A stretch of 64,000 bases of DNA, from contig NIVC01002194.1 of assembly GCA_002269645.1 (NCBI GenBank), forward strand, positions 85,349 through 149,348. Direction: 5' to 3'. Below, piece after piece: positions 1 to 11,948 of this stretch; position 1 is the stretch's first letter, and the number at the start of each line of letters is the position of its first letter. The stretch is from Macrostomum lignano. Its lineage: Eukaryota. Both the position numbers and the translations under genes were made by a program. The notes beneath the pieces are model-generated. The model did no database searches. It worked only from the letters and a program-made list of their open reading frames with translations, and had not been told where the DNA came from.

Positions 1-89
1 CTATCGAAATTTTAGTCACTAACCGTCGACACAAAGCATGGTTTAAATAAAATTGCATATATAGCATGAATTAATTCTTTTGCACTCAC

Positions 90-3000
90 GGCGCTATAAG
101 ACGAAGCCGGTTGCTGGACAACGTCGCCAAAATTCCTATTAGTACCGACGCTATCGTAGACAATTGGCGATACAAATGACCAGCCTTTAATTGATCCAAG
201 ATTGTTTGGCGGGTGAATCTCTGATTGGACAGCCGTGTTCGTGGCCAGAGCCGCCGCAAGTTTGCCGAACTGTTGTACGTATGCTGACAAAGTGTGCGGA
301 CCAAAGATGGTCGATGCGGCCTCGTAGCGCTGGGCCTGTAGATCAAATTGGTGCCAGATTTCTATTTGCATCAGAAGTTTGATCCATCGATGAGAGAATC
401 AATATTTTACGTTGCTAAAGAGGCTGCATGTCAACTTTAAATAAAAAATATGAAAGCCGCTCACTAGGGCCGAGACACCCCAAGGACCACTGAAATGTCC
501 CAGTCGTCCTTGAGACACCACCTTGCCTTCCTGATTCGATTTAATAGGGAAAGGGAAATGAGGATCTTATGCCAACGTAAGCACTGAAACAGAGCCACAA
601 TGCTCAGCTTGAGACCAACTTGACTCTGAGAAATAGGGCCGTAGTAGCCTAGCTTTGTGGTCCAGCGCAGCGTTTTTGTACCAGCGGCCCAGGCTCGATT
701 CCAAGTGCAGGCACATTAACTTGAGGCTAAATGGGAATCTCGGGTTGGCTCTGCTCTCGTGCAATTAACGCTACTGAAGGCCAAACCCCAAGGCACAGTG
801 AAGTGTACATGCCTGGCGATAAATAAAGTAAGGGCCACTGTACACTCTTGTGTGAGTGTGTGCCTGTGCGTATGACTGCGTACGTATCCGTGCGCTTGTG
901 TGCCTGCTCAGGAGAGTCGGCGGAATGGGCAGTAATGCCTCTCGCCGGTTGTGTGACAATGTCTCTTAAGGCTCATTCACACTGCCACCAAACGAGCCAC
1001 CAAATCACACGACCAATGTACAAAGGAATCATATTCGATGTGCAAATTTTGTGATCACACGTAATTTGGTCTTATTTAAGATGGCAGTGTGAACGAGCCA
1101 TTAAAGTGTACCAGGGTGCACACAGCCCCCTGCCTCCGATAAAAAGACTCTCAATCGACAGCTGGTCGGGCCATGCAGTCGACTAAAATTTTTTGAACGA
1201 TATCCGACAGAGAAGTCGTCGGTTTTTTTCCAAGCCGCATTAATTGTTGACATCCACTTTGTCTTCACTTACCTGGTACTCCTCGAATGTGGTGACGTAG
1301 CTCGAGTAGAGATTCGACACTCCGGACAAGACGACTTTGGCGCCTGTCATGCCATTGTCGGCCAGGGCCTATCGATGTTTAAAACAAAAACATTGCAATT
1401 TTAACTTTGAACTGCTCATTTGAACATTCCAATTTCGTCGAGCTTTACCAAACTAATCTTGGTTTAAAAGACTTTGTTCTGAAAATTTCCACTGGCCACA
1501 AAGTCTACAAACCTTCTGCACAGCTTCCCGAACTCGCCGACCAGACATGGTGGTAAATTCGCCTGGCAGAGCGACGATCACTAGGGGACCGATTTTCAGC
1601 AGTTGAGTCTCGATCACCTTTGGCTGCCAGTCGGTCGGGAAGGTCATCTGGAAATAATGCATTTTTAATGATCAGACTTACGACTGTTGAACGCTCAACT
1701 TTTGGGAGACAGTGCGAGACACTTAAATGAGTGCCGGCGACGCTAAAGTTACACCTGCAGGACAGCTAAATGAGCACTTAAGTCACACCTCCAGCACGAC
1801 TAAATGAGCACTTAAGTCACACCTCCAGCACGACTAAACGAAGACTTAAGTCACACCTCCAGCACGACTAAATGAGGAATTAAGTCACACCTCCAGCACG
1901 ACTAAATGAGGAATTAAGTCACACCTCCAGCACGACTAAATGAGGAATTAAGTCACACCTCCAGCACGACTAAATGAGGAATTAAGTCACACCTCCAGCA
2001 CGACTAAATGAGGAATTAAGTCACACCTACAGCACGACTAAATGAGGACTTAGGTCAGACCTCCAGCACGACTAAATGAGGAATTAAGTCACACCTACAG
2101 CACGACTAAATGAGGAATTAAGTCACACCTCCAGCACGACTAAATGAGGAATTAAGTCACACCTCCAGCACGACTAAATGAGCACTTAAGTCACAACTCC
2201 AGCACGACTAAATGAGCACTTAAGTCACACCTCCAGCACGACTAAATGAGCACTTAAGTCACACCTCCAGCACGACTAAATGAGGAATTAAGTCACACCT
2301 CCAGCACGACTAAATGAGCACTTAAGTCACACCTCCAGCACGACTAAACGAGGACTTAAAAGTGACCTGGAGCACGACTAAATGACAACTTAAGCTACAT
2401 CTGTGGCAAAACTAAATGAGAACTTAAGTGACACCTGTTGCTAGTATCTAAATGCGGTAAATCTAATGAAAAAGTCAACCCAAAAAGCAATAACTCACAT
2501 AGCCAGTGTTCAGCAGAATCGGTTTGGGGCTGTGACAGTTGATCTGCTCCTGATTCGGCTTGCTCAGAATGCCGCGGACCAAATTCCAGAACGGATTGCC
2601 GCTGGTGTCGCCCTGGGTGAAATCGAAACCGCCCGGACCGTCGGTGGTGCCAGCGGCGAAACTGAAACCCATGGCTGGCGGGCAGGTGCGCACCCTCCGA
2701 CCGTTGACCGTGAGCTGCTGGTTGGACATGTCCACGTACTGGTGAGAGTAGCTCACTGAGTCCACCGCGAGCTCCTCTTTGGCGGAGTCGAATAATTCCT
2801 GAGTGACAGAGTTCAACAAGTTTTTGAGGCTAATAAAAGAAGCTGTGGACTTGCGCTTAGAGCGTCGGACTCACGACTTGAAGGTCGGGGGTTCGATTCC
2901 CGGTCCCACTGGTACAATTTGTGTCCTTGAGCAAGACACTTAACTCTTCAAATTGCTACAGTTCACCCAGCTGTAAAATGGGGGCCAGCATTAGCTGGGG

Positions 3001-4952
3001 TAATTGAGGGTGTGTTCGGCGACCCCCCCAGTCCTTGGACTGAACAGCCGTACGCAGCCTTCAGATGCGCCGCGTATTACAGAGTCATACAGGTGCTTAT
3101 TACAGAGTCATGCAGGTGCTTATTACAGAGTCATGCAGATGCTTATTACAGAGTCATGCAGATGCTTATTACAGAGTCATACAGGTGCTTATTACAGAGT
3201 CATGCAGGTGCTTATTACAGAGTCATGCAGATGCTTATTACAGAGTCATGCAGATGCTTATTACAGAGTCATACAGGTGCTTATTACAGAGTCATGCAGA
3301 TGCTTATTACAGAGTCATGCAGATGCTTATTACAGAGTCATGCAGATGCTTATTACAGAGTCATGCAGATGCTTATTACAGAGTCATGCAGATGCTTATT
3401 AGAGAGTCATGCAGATGCTTATTAGAGAGTCATGCAGGTGCTTATTACAGAGTCATGCAGATGCTTATTAGAGAGTCATGCAGGTGCTTATTACAGAGTC
3501 ATGCAGATGCTTATTAGAGAGTCATGCAGGTGCTTATTACAGAGTCATGCAGATGCTTATTAGAGAGTCATGCAGATGCTTATTACAGAGTCATGCAGAT
3601 GCTTATTACAGAGTCATGCAGATGCTTATTAGAGAGTCATGCAGATGCTTATTACAGAGTCATGCAGATGCTTATTAGAGAGTCATGCAGATGCTTATTA
3701 CAGAGTCATGCAGATGCTTATTAGAGAGTCATGCAGATGCTTATTAGAGAGTCATGCAGATGCTTATTAGAGAGTCATGCAGATGCTTATTAGAGAGTCA
3801 TGCAGATGCTTATTAGAGAGTCATGCAGATGCTTATTAGAGAGTCATGCAGATGCTTATTAGAGAGTCATGCAGATGCTTATTAGAGAGTCATGCAGATG
3901 CTTATTAGAGAGTCATGCAGATGCTTATTAGAGAGTCATGCAGATGCTTATTAGAGAGTCATGCAGATGCTTATTAGAGAGTCATGCAGATGCTTATTAG
4001 AGAGTCATGCAGATGCTTATTAGAGAGTCATGCAGATGCTTATTAGAGAGTCATGCAGATGCTTATTAGAGAGTCATGCAGATGCTTATTAGAGAGTCAT
4101 GCAGATGCTTATTAGAGAGTCATGCAGATGCTTATTAGAGAGTCATGCAGATGCTTATTACAGAGTCATGCAGATGCTTATTAGAGAATCATGCAGAATG
4201 CAGATGCTTATTACAGAATCATGCTCACCATAGCTCCCAGACTCACCATAGCCCGGCCAAACTGTTTCAAGCCGATAATTCTTGTACTCTCCAGCATGTC
4301 TTTGCCTGGACCAGACGCAACGCAGTGCTTTGCTTTGCCGCCGCAGGTGCTGGTGGCGATGTCGCACGGCTCGCCAGTGTCCATGCAGCGCGGGCCGTCT
4401 GTGTTGGGACTCACGTCGCCTTCGTTGGCGTTGGCAAATGAGGCGACAAATCTTTGACCACCCGGCAGAGTGTTGGTGCCAGCTTGATAGTCCATGAACC
4501 TCTCGAATGCCTGCAATTGTGTGCACCGTACTTTACGTTTTGTTAACGAGTTAAATAGCTATCAATCAAGAATAAAGCAACACAGCAGTGCGTGGAGTAC
4601 CTGGGCAGCCCAGCCTTTGTTGTCGCCGCTAATGAGCAGGTTGGTATTATTCATGCTAGTCGGATGGACGGCAAACCAGTTGAGCATGCCGAACGGCTTG
4701 CCAGAGTTGGCGTCGACCAGTTTCACAACCGTCATGTCTCGGTCGGTGTTGTGCTCGTAGCGAGCTCGCTCAGACTCCGGATTGAGCAGATATGATGCAG
4801 GGCTGCGATTCACGCCAGAATTGGCCAGCTGTCCGGAGTTGAATTGCAGTTTTGTTGGCCGGAGCGCCGCGTGGGCGAGTTCGATGCTCTGTTGGAGGGC
4901 ATGTGTTTGCGTTTGAGATGCTGCTACACTACTGCTACTGCTACTGCTACTG

Positions 4953-4999
<47 letters not shown>

Positions 5000-5024
5000 G
5001 CTACTACTACTACTGCTACTACTG

Positions 5025-5098
<74 letters not shown>

Positions 5099-5171
5099 GC
5101 TACTGCTACTACTGCTACTACTGCTACTGCTACTACTGCTACTGCTACTACTACTACTACTACTTCTACTT

Positions 5172-5221
<50 letters not shown>

Positions 5222-5228
5222 GCTACTG

Positions 5229-5266
<38 letters not shown>

Positions 5267-5318
5267 GCTACTACTGCTACTGCTACTACTACTACTACTA
5301 CTACTACTGCTACTACTG

Positions 5319-5386
<68 letters not shown>

Positions 5387-5564
5387 GCTACTACTGCTAC
5401 TGCTACTACTACTACATGTACTACTACTACTACTGCTGCTACTACTGCTACTGCTACTACTGCTACTACTACTACTACTGCTACTACTGCTACTGCTACT
5501 ACTACCACTGCTACTACTGCTACTACTACTACTACTACTGCTACTACTACTACTACTACTACTG

Positions 5565-5626
<62 letters not shown>

Positions 5627-6950
5627 GCTACTACTGCTACTGCTACTACTACTACATGTACTACTACTACTACTACTGCTACTACTGCTACTGCTACTAC
5701 TACTACTACTGCTACTACTGCTACTGCTACTACTACCTGCACAAAAGCTTTCTCACCCTGGCAATTCCATTGGCCAGAGTGTTAAAAGTATCGGCAAAGT
5801 AGCCCAGAGTGGAGATGGCGTACAGCGTGTAGCCATGGTAACCGCCGGGACCGGAATGAGTATGCGTGGCTGACAGTAGAACATTGGCCTCGGTGTAAGT
5901 TGAGCCTAACTTCGATTTGAGAATTTCGATCACCTGAGGGTAGCAACATGTACTAACACAGATAAAGCTATAAGTACATGAACCCTACGAGACGAAAACC
6001 CACCAAAACTTAGCTTACCTTGAGCTTCATCATCGGCGAAATCATTCCGGCGTCGACGTTTACAAAAGCGGCCGATCGACCTTCGGCGTCGCGAAACGCG
6101 AACGCCCTGGCGAACAGGCGCATGTGGATGCCGGCCGTCTTTTGCGAGGCTTCGGCGTAGCCCATCTGAAAAGCATCGGGTGCAGCTAAGAATAATTATT
6201 ATCAAGTATCGCATGGTAACCTTGTTCAGCTACCTCAGAATACCTCACCCTTCACAACACTCAGAAACACGGTACCTCACCCTTCACAACACTCAGAAAC
6301 AGGGCACCTCACCGTCACAACACTCAGAAACACGGTACCTCACCGGCACAACACTCAGAAACACGGTACCTCACCGGCACAACACTCAGAAACACGGTAC
6401 CTCACCGGCACAACACTCAGAAACACGGTACCTCACCGTCACAACACCCAGAAACAGGGCACCTCACCGTCACAACACTCAGAAACACGGTACCTCACCG
6501 GCACAACACTCAGAAACACGGTACCTCACCGTCACAACACCCAGAAACAGGGCACCTCATCGTCACAACACTCAGAAACACGGTACCTCACCACCGCAAC
6601 ACTCAGAAACACGGTACCTCAACCACCACAACACAGAAACACATACCTCAACCACCACAACACAGAAACACATACCTCAACCACCACAACACAGAAACAC
6701 ATACCTCAACCACCACAACACAGAAACACGGTACCTCAACCACCACAACACTCGGAAACATCACCTGTCTTCACTGACAATTTCAATCAATGATGATAAT
6801 ACAATAAAATATTAACAATCCTACCATAGGCACTTCGCCAGCTGGTCCAGTAATATCCGCATAGCCAACTCCAGCCTCGAGTCCTTGAGCCTGAACAGCT
6901 GTACTCGAGGTGAGGACTACTAGAACGGTCGCAACCGACAGTAGCAACAT
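90..6950 (-). CDS. ASAH2: Neutral/alkaline non-lysosomal ceramidase, 9 exons in window, 3' end (C-terminal Ig-like domain) beyond the left edge
   Basis: Hand-spliced with GT-AG sites: exons 6950-6825, 6165-6019, 5933-5757, 4888-4601, 4510-4247, 2798-2499, 1647-1513, 1368-1273, 335-90. Signal peptide MLLLSVATVLVVLTSSTAVQA; family motifs GVGYADITGP, MGYA, SATHTHSGPGG (Zn ligands), NRSP, WFAVHPTSMNNTN-LISGDNKG, EGDVSPN, CPPAMGFSFAAGTTDGPG, PGEFTTMSGRR, YVTTFEEYQAQRYEAASTIFGPHTL. Confidence 0.95.
634..1138 (+). repeat. Dispersed repeat family copy 1 (probable truncated non-autonomous DNA transposon) in ceramidase intron 8
   Basis: Shares long blocks (ccagcggcccaggctcgattccaagtgcaggc; cacagtgaagtgtacat; gtgcacacagc..cctgcct) with 7517-7869 and, inverted, with about 30558-30710. 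Left end (C/T)AGGG(GG)CCGTAG resembles hAT-type termini; no matching right TIR found. Confidence 0.65.
1768..2440. repeat. 34-bp minisatellite (actaaatgaggaattaagtcacacctccagcacg)n in ceramidase intron 6
   Basis: Direct 34-bp periodicity (agcacg at 1861 and 1895), about 19 copies, no unique spacers. Confidence 0.95.
2839..3080 (+). mobile_element. tRNA-derived SINE with CORE-like central domain, copy 1
   Basis: tRNA-like head with B-box GGTTCGATTCC, then TGTGTCCTTGAGCAAGACACTTAAC...CAGCTGTAAAATGGG resembling the MIR/CORE domain (TGTGACCTTGGGCAAGTCACTTAAC...CTGTAAAATGGG). Colinear homolog at 48631-48866. Confidence 0.85.
3075..4225. repeat. 23-bp minisatellite (ttattagagagtcatgcagatgc)n starting at the SINE 3' end, ceramidase intron 5
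   Basis: About 50 tandem copies. Variant units (ttac/tag, cagg/caga) lie near the SINE; units are homogeneous from about 3720-4150. Confidence 0.95.
4921..5736. repeat. (TAC/TGC)n trinucleotide microsatellite filling ceramidase intron 3
   Basis: About 815 bp of TAC with interspersed TGC, between donor 5756 and acceptor 4889. Confidence 0.97.
6232..6765. repeat. 31-bp minisatellite (cacaacactcagaaacacggtacctcaccgg)n grading into a 27-bp variant, ceramidase intron 1
   Basis: Direct periodicity visible in the sequence. Confidence 0.9.
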
Positions 6951-7516
6951 GGCGGCAGCTTCTGGGAAAGCATAATAAATGTAGACAACGTTTATTTCAT
7001 TGGCTGCTTCATCAAATAAGCAAAGCAGGTTTTCAGCTCGTCTGTCCCTAATCAAGCGTCTACAAAGTCGATAAATTCTCGTTTCATTATCAGCTAAAAC
7101 TCTCTTGTCCATTTATAGCTGGCTTTCATGGCTCAAATTCGACAGCTTTATCAAAAGTCCTCTAGTCTATGTATATACTTAGTCTTTATAATGCAGAACT
7201 TCCAGGCCGACAAGCTAGGAGAGACTGGAAAGAAGCAAGCAGTTTAATCTTTATTATGAAGAATCCACCTATTCATTGTCTATGGCACAAAAGGGGGTCT
7301 GTGGAACAGTCAAATTGAGAATTGATAAATCAGTCGGCTCATATGGACCGACCAAACGATTAAGAAATATACACTTCTCAGGCCTTGTTTGGGCTACAAC
7401 CGATAAATTACCATAGAAGCTGTTGTTCCTCGGGAAAAGGACGAGACTGGGAAAGAGGCGAGAAATGCACTTTCTGTAGGTTAACTGCATATTTGGAACA
7501 GATATATCTAATCCTT

Positions 7517-7869
7517 CAGGGGGCCGTAGCCTAGCGGTCTGGCGCGGCGTTCTGATGTGCCAGCGGCCCAGGCTCGATTCCAAGTGCAGGCGCATTAATT
7601 TGGAGCTAAATTGGAATCTCGGCTTGGCTCTGCTAGTGCAATCAACGGCCTTGAAGGCCAACCCTCAAAGCACAGTGAAGTGTACATTTTGCCGAAGGAT
7701 AAATAAAGTTAGGGCCGCTGTACACTCCTGTGTGAGAGTGTGCCTGTGCGTATGACTGCGTATGTATCCGCGCGCTTGTGTGCTTGTGCCTGCTCAGTAA
7801 TGCCTCCCGCCGGTTGTGTGACACAAAATCGCCTAAAGTGCGCCAATGTGCACACAGCGCCCTGCCTCT
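7517..7869 (+). repeat. Dispersed repeat family copy 2 (see 634-1138)
   Basis: Colinear similarity to 634-1138. Confidence 0.65.
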
Positions 7870-7959
7870 AGGTTTGTATAGCAGACTGCAGTCTATGGCC
7901 AAAAGTAAATACAAAATAAAAAAACTAACCAAAACCTAAAAAATACCTAAAGCTAAAAC

Positions 7960-8420
7960 TGAAAAATAATCTTAACCTAAAGCACTAACCCTAACCTGAA
8001 AACGATAAACGTATTCTAAAAGCCACAGATCTAACTTAAAAGCGATAAATTTAGCGTAAAAATTTAATCACAATTATTACCTAAAAATCCTAACCCTAAC
8101 CTAAAAAACCTTAATCCTTACCTAAAAAATCTGACCCTATGATTTAAAACCATAACACTAACCTAAAAACTAGGACCTTAACCTAAAAACCATTCCCTAA
8201 CCTAAAAACACAACCCTAACCTAAAAACCATAACCCTAACCCAAGAACCATAACCCTAATCTGAAAATCATAACCCTAACCTAAAAACCATTACCCTAAC
8301 CTAAAAACCATAACCCTAACCTAAAAACCATAACCCTAACCTAAAAACCATAACCCTAAACTAAAAACCATAACCCTAACCCACGAACCATAACCCTAAA
8401 CTAAAAACCTAACCCCAAAC
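7960..8420. repeat. Degenerate telomere-like 20-bp repeat (taaccctaacctaaaaacca)n
   Basis: TAACCC-containing units separated by aaaaacca; not a pure (TTAGGG)n tract. Confidence 0.8.
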
Positions 8421-9194
8421 TTAAAACCAGCATAAATTGTCGGTATTCAAACGTCGGGCTCCCATGCATCAAACTTACCGTCAAACGTGAAACGCCACAC
8501 AAAATATCGAGAGTAAAATCAATTAATATAAATTTGAATTCTTTCCTAACCGACCAGGAGCTAAAATATTATTTAATTCCGTAGAAATCATTTTTCTGCG
8601 ACTATTATGTTATAAATAATCGTATTGAGGCGGGTATGAACTAACCATGGGAAGGTGGCATTCTTTCACTGCAATAATTCCGAGAAAAAACACAAGAAAA
8701 ATTTCAAGCGTATCTCTACCACACCCCCAACAGATTTTCTTGCTTTCCAGAGCAATAAATAATCGACCACAGGCTGTCTGCAGCTGCGGCTTTCGCAGGA
8801 GTCCTCAAAATGCATTCTGAGTAATAGAATGCAGCGTTGTACTGTATAGGCAAGACGTATTTTGTAAGAAGTTTACTCAATTTAGAGGCAATTTTTTTCA
8901 ACTTAAGACGCCGCCAATCACATTCAAGAATGTCTCTACTATTGTCTATGGTTAAAACACTGTCTAAGGCACAGTTGCAGTGACAGTTGCAGACTTGTTA
9001 GCTATGTGCATCACAGAATGCACAATTTTTATTTATAATGGCTCTGAGTTTAAAGTCTTAATTCAACTAGAAATTGAATGCTCGACTTCTCAAATAATAT
9101 AAAAATACTCTACTTACAAGTAGTTGTTGTGCGAAAATCCGATTTTTTCGCTTTAACGGAAAGTATATAATAATTTACAATCAAAAGTTATACC

Positions 9195-9663
9195 CAGGGG
9201 CATCGCCATGGATTTTATGGTGAGGGGGGGGGGAGAACAAAGCCAAGAATGCAACATGTACGAGCGTACATGTACATAAGTAAATTCCACATTTCCATTA
9301 TTTTGAGAATCATGCACGTTGTCAGCGCTCCTTTTGGCGCCGTAGGCACTCCTTTTGGCGCCGCAGGCACTCATTTTGGCGCCGTAGGCACTCCTTTTGG
9401 CGCCGCAAGCACTCCTTTGGCGTCATGGGCACTCATTTTAGAGCCGCAGGCACTCATTTTGGCGCCGCAGGCACTCTTTTTGGCGCCGCAGGCACTCCTT
9501 TTGGCGCCGAAGGCGTTATATTTGGCGCCCTGAATAAAAATTATTGATTACCACAACGGGTCACAAGGTGGGGTGTGGGGGACAAAGCATTGGCATGTCA
9601 CCCCATAGCTTTTACTGGAGGGGACATGTCCCCCCTGTCCCCCCCCCGGTGGCGACGCGCCTG
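9195..9663 (+). mobile_element. hAT-like MITE with internal 21-bp minisatellite
   Basis: TIRs CAGGGGCATCGCCA (9195) and TGGCGACGCGCCTG (ending 9663); 8-bp TSD GTTATACC (9187-9194) / GTTATACT (9664-9671); internal (gcactcattttggcgccgcag)n at about 9325-9530. Confidence 0.85.
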
Positions 9664-11079
9664 GTTATACTTTATAGCTGACGGAAATTCCGCGGAAAAT
9701 CCGCTAACAGAGTTTTGCGTATCGTGCACACTCGATACGCAATTATTTTTAGAAACAAATCTTACGAATTTCTACTTCTAAGAAATGCTTAAATATTCGC
9801 CCCAAAAGGGTTGAGTTTTTGGGATACCAGCTTAATTCATATTATTGTATGAATTCATAGTAGCTAGCAAAGCAATCAAGAGGTCAAGAGGCACTAAGCT
9901 GAGCAATGCATAAGAGCTGGACACTGAAATACCATCAGTAAAGAAGTCTCGCTTTACATTTAGGGGGCTCCGACCCGCAAACCTCCGAATCGCAGCTATA
10001 CTAACGCAATTGGTGAGCGTTCTGAAACCTTTGAACAATTATGGTAAATTCTATTTTCATCCATTTGTCGATGTATTGGCAGATTCTGCAACAACTAACT
10101 CGCCAAACTCATTTCAGGCTTTTGCATTGAAAATTGGCCAGGGGTGTCATGCGATTCACCGAGTGCACATGCCTGACGATTAGAAAGTCAGGACCGCTGC
10201 TGTACACCCAGTGTGAGCGTGTGTGCGAGTTCGTTCCCGCGTACATGTACAGTGTTGATGCGCTTGTCTGTGCAGTATTCAGCTGCCACCATAGTAGCGC
10301 TTAATCCATCGTAATAATTATTATTGAAATTTAAGCTCATCACGTCGAGAATTTTCTTCAATCAAATTAACTTTAGTGTGGGCCAAAGTATTAAAATATG
10401 GCTATAGATAGCTCAGTGAACTGGGTTCCTCTATACTTATCCCTATGGCCCTATAGGCTATCATTTTGTGTGCCGGCATCGCCATCAGGCAGCTCTCAGA
10501 TCTCCCTCCAGGCGCGCATTAAGTATGTATTGGCGCACGTATTGCATTGCAATGCGGTTCAATTCAAGAATTAGCATTCATATATACAAGTTGCTGTATA
10601 TGGCTTGGCGGGCCATAAAGACTTCATCTCTCTCTCTCTCTCTCATCCTCTCGATCTATCTCACTCCTGTTTGCTCTCCCCCCAAAAAGCCCAGTGGAAT
10701 CAAGCCGACCCAATGCAAATATAGCGCTCTATAATCCACCCATAAGCCATGGATTACTAAAACCGTCACTCGATCTGGATTGCAAACTAGATCAATTGTT
10801 ATTCCCTGTTTCCCAGATGCCTAGAACTCTGTAGAAGTCCATGTAGCTAGTAGGCCAGATATTTCAGAGCCATCCACCAGCGTCAATCCTGTTTTTTTGG
10901 AAGCTATCCCCGTAAGAGGATATTAACGGTCGCTACAATTCTCCAACCTAGCGTCATAGGCAATGAGATTCAGAGCTTCAATACGAGGAAAAATGACATC
11001 ATAAAAGGCCTTCAATTAACTGGTGAGTTTTTTTAGTGACATTTACTTTGAATCTGAAAACTGCCTCATGAATTGTTAT

Positions 11080-11885
11080 GCTTTCCTACCGTTCCCGACA
11101 CCCACCTCACGCCGCGCTGTACTCGCGTCTGATTTCCTACCCTTCCCGACACCCACCTCACGCCGCGCTGTACTCGTGTCTGATTTCCTACCCTTCCCGA
11201 CACCCACCTCACGCCGCGCTGTACTCACGTCTGATTTTCTACCCTTCATGACACCCACCTCACGCCGCGCTGTACTCGTGTCTGATTTCCTACCCTTCCC
11301 GACACCCACCTCACGCCGCGCTGTACTCGTGTCTGATTTCCTACCCTTCCCGACACCCACCTCACGCCGCGCTGTACTCACGTCTGATTTTCTACCCTTC
11401 ATGACACCCACCTCACGCCGCGCTGTACTCGTGTCTGATTTCCTACCCTTCCCGACACCCACCTCACGCCGCGCTGTACTCGTGTCTGATTTCCTACCCT
11501 TCCCGACACCCACCTCACGCCGCGCTGTACTCACGTCTGATTTTCTACCCTTCATGACACCCACCTCACGCCGCGCTGTACTCGTGTCTGATTTCCTACC
11601 CTTCCCGACACCCACCTCACGCCGCGCTGTACTCGTGTCTGATTTCCTACCCTTCCCGACACCCATCTCACGCCGCGCTGTACTCGTGTCTGATTTCCTA
11701 CCCTTCCCGACACCCACCTCACGCCGCGCTGTACTCGTGTCTGATTTCCTACCCTTCCCGACACCACCTCACGCCGCGCTGTACTCGTGTCTGATTTCCT
11801 ACCCTTCACGACACCCACCTCACGCTGCGCTGTACTCGTGTCTGATTTCCTACCCTTCACGACACCCACCTCACGCCGCGCTTCA
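11080..11885. repeat. 51-bp minisatellite upstream of the first Kv-beta coding exon (probable 5' UTR intron)
   Basis: About 16 copies of gatttcctacccttcccgacacccacctcacgccgcgctgtactcgtgtct, between a GTGAGT donor at 11023 and an acceptor at 11930. Confidence 0.93.
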
Positions 11886-11948
11886 CCTAGTTGAAGTTGC
11901 TCAATTGTGTCAACAAACTTTTTTGTTCAGAGTCGTCGTACATCCGGC

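Noticed and set aside
1768-2440. CRISPR-like 34-bp periodicity (also considered for the 23-, 28-, 32-, 43- and 45-bp arrays)
   Set aside because: Head-to-tail units with no unique spacers, no cas genes, and a eukaryotic intronic context.
2839-2915. Functional tRNA gene (also 48631-48710)
   Set aside because: The tRNA-like heads continue into a shared SINE body and lack proper acceptor-stem pairing.
3004-3724. Overlapping repetitive ORFs (ITESCRCLLQSHADAY...)
   Set aside because: Translations of the 23-bp minisatellite.
4844-5802. 313/316/272-aa poly-Thr, poly-Tyr and poly-Val ORFs; idea of a mucin-like Thr box for the ceramidase
   Set aside because: These are translations of an intronic (TAC)n microsatellite. 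The poly-Thr frame is on the opposite strand, and the apparent internal acceptor would leave only a 20-nt intron.
7960-8420. Telomere or chromosome-end fusion signature (also TAACCC runs at 26515-27100)
   Set aside because: Repeats are degenerate, interrupted and embedded in repeat modules, not pure (TTAGGG)n tracts.
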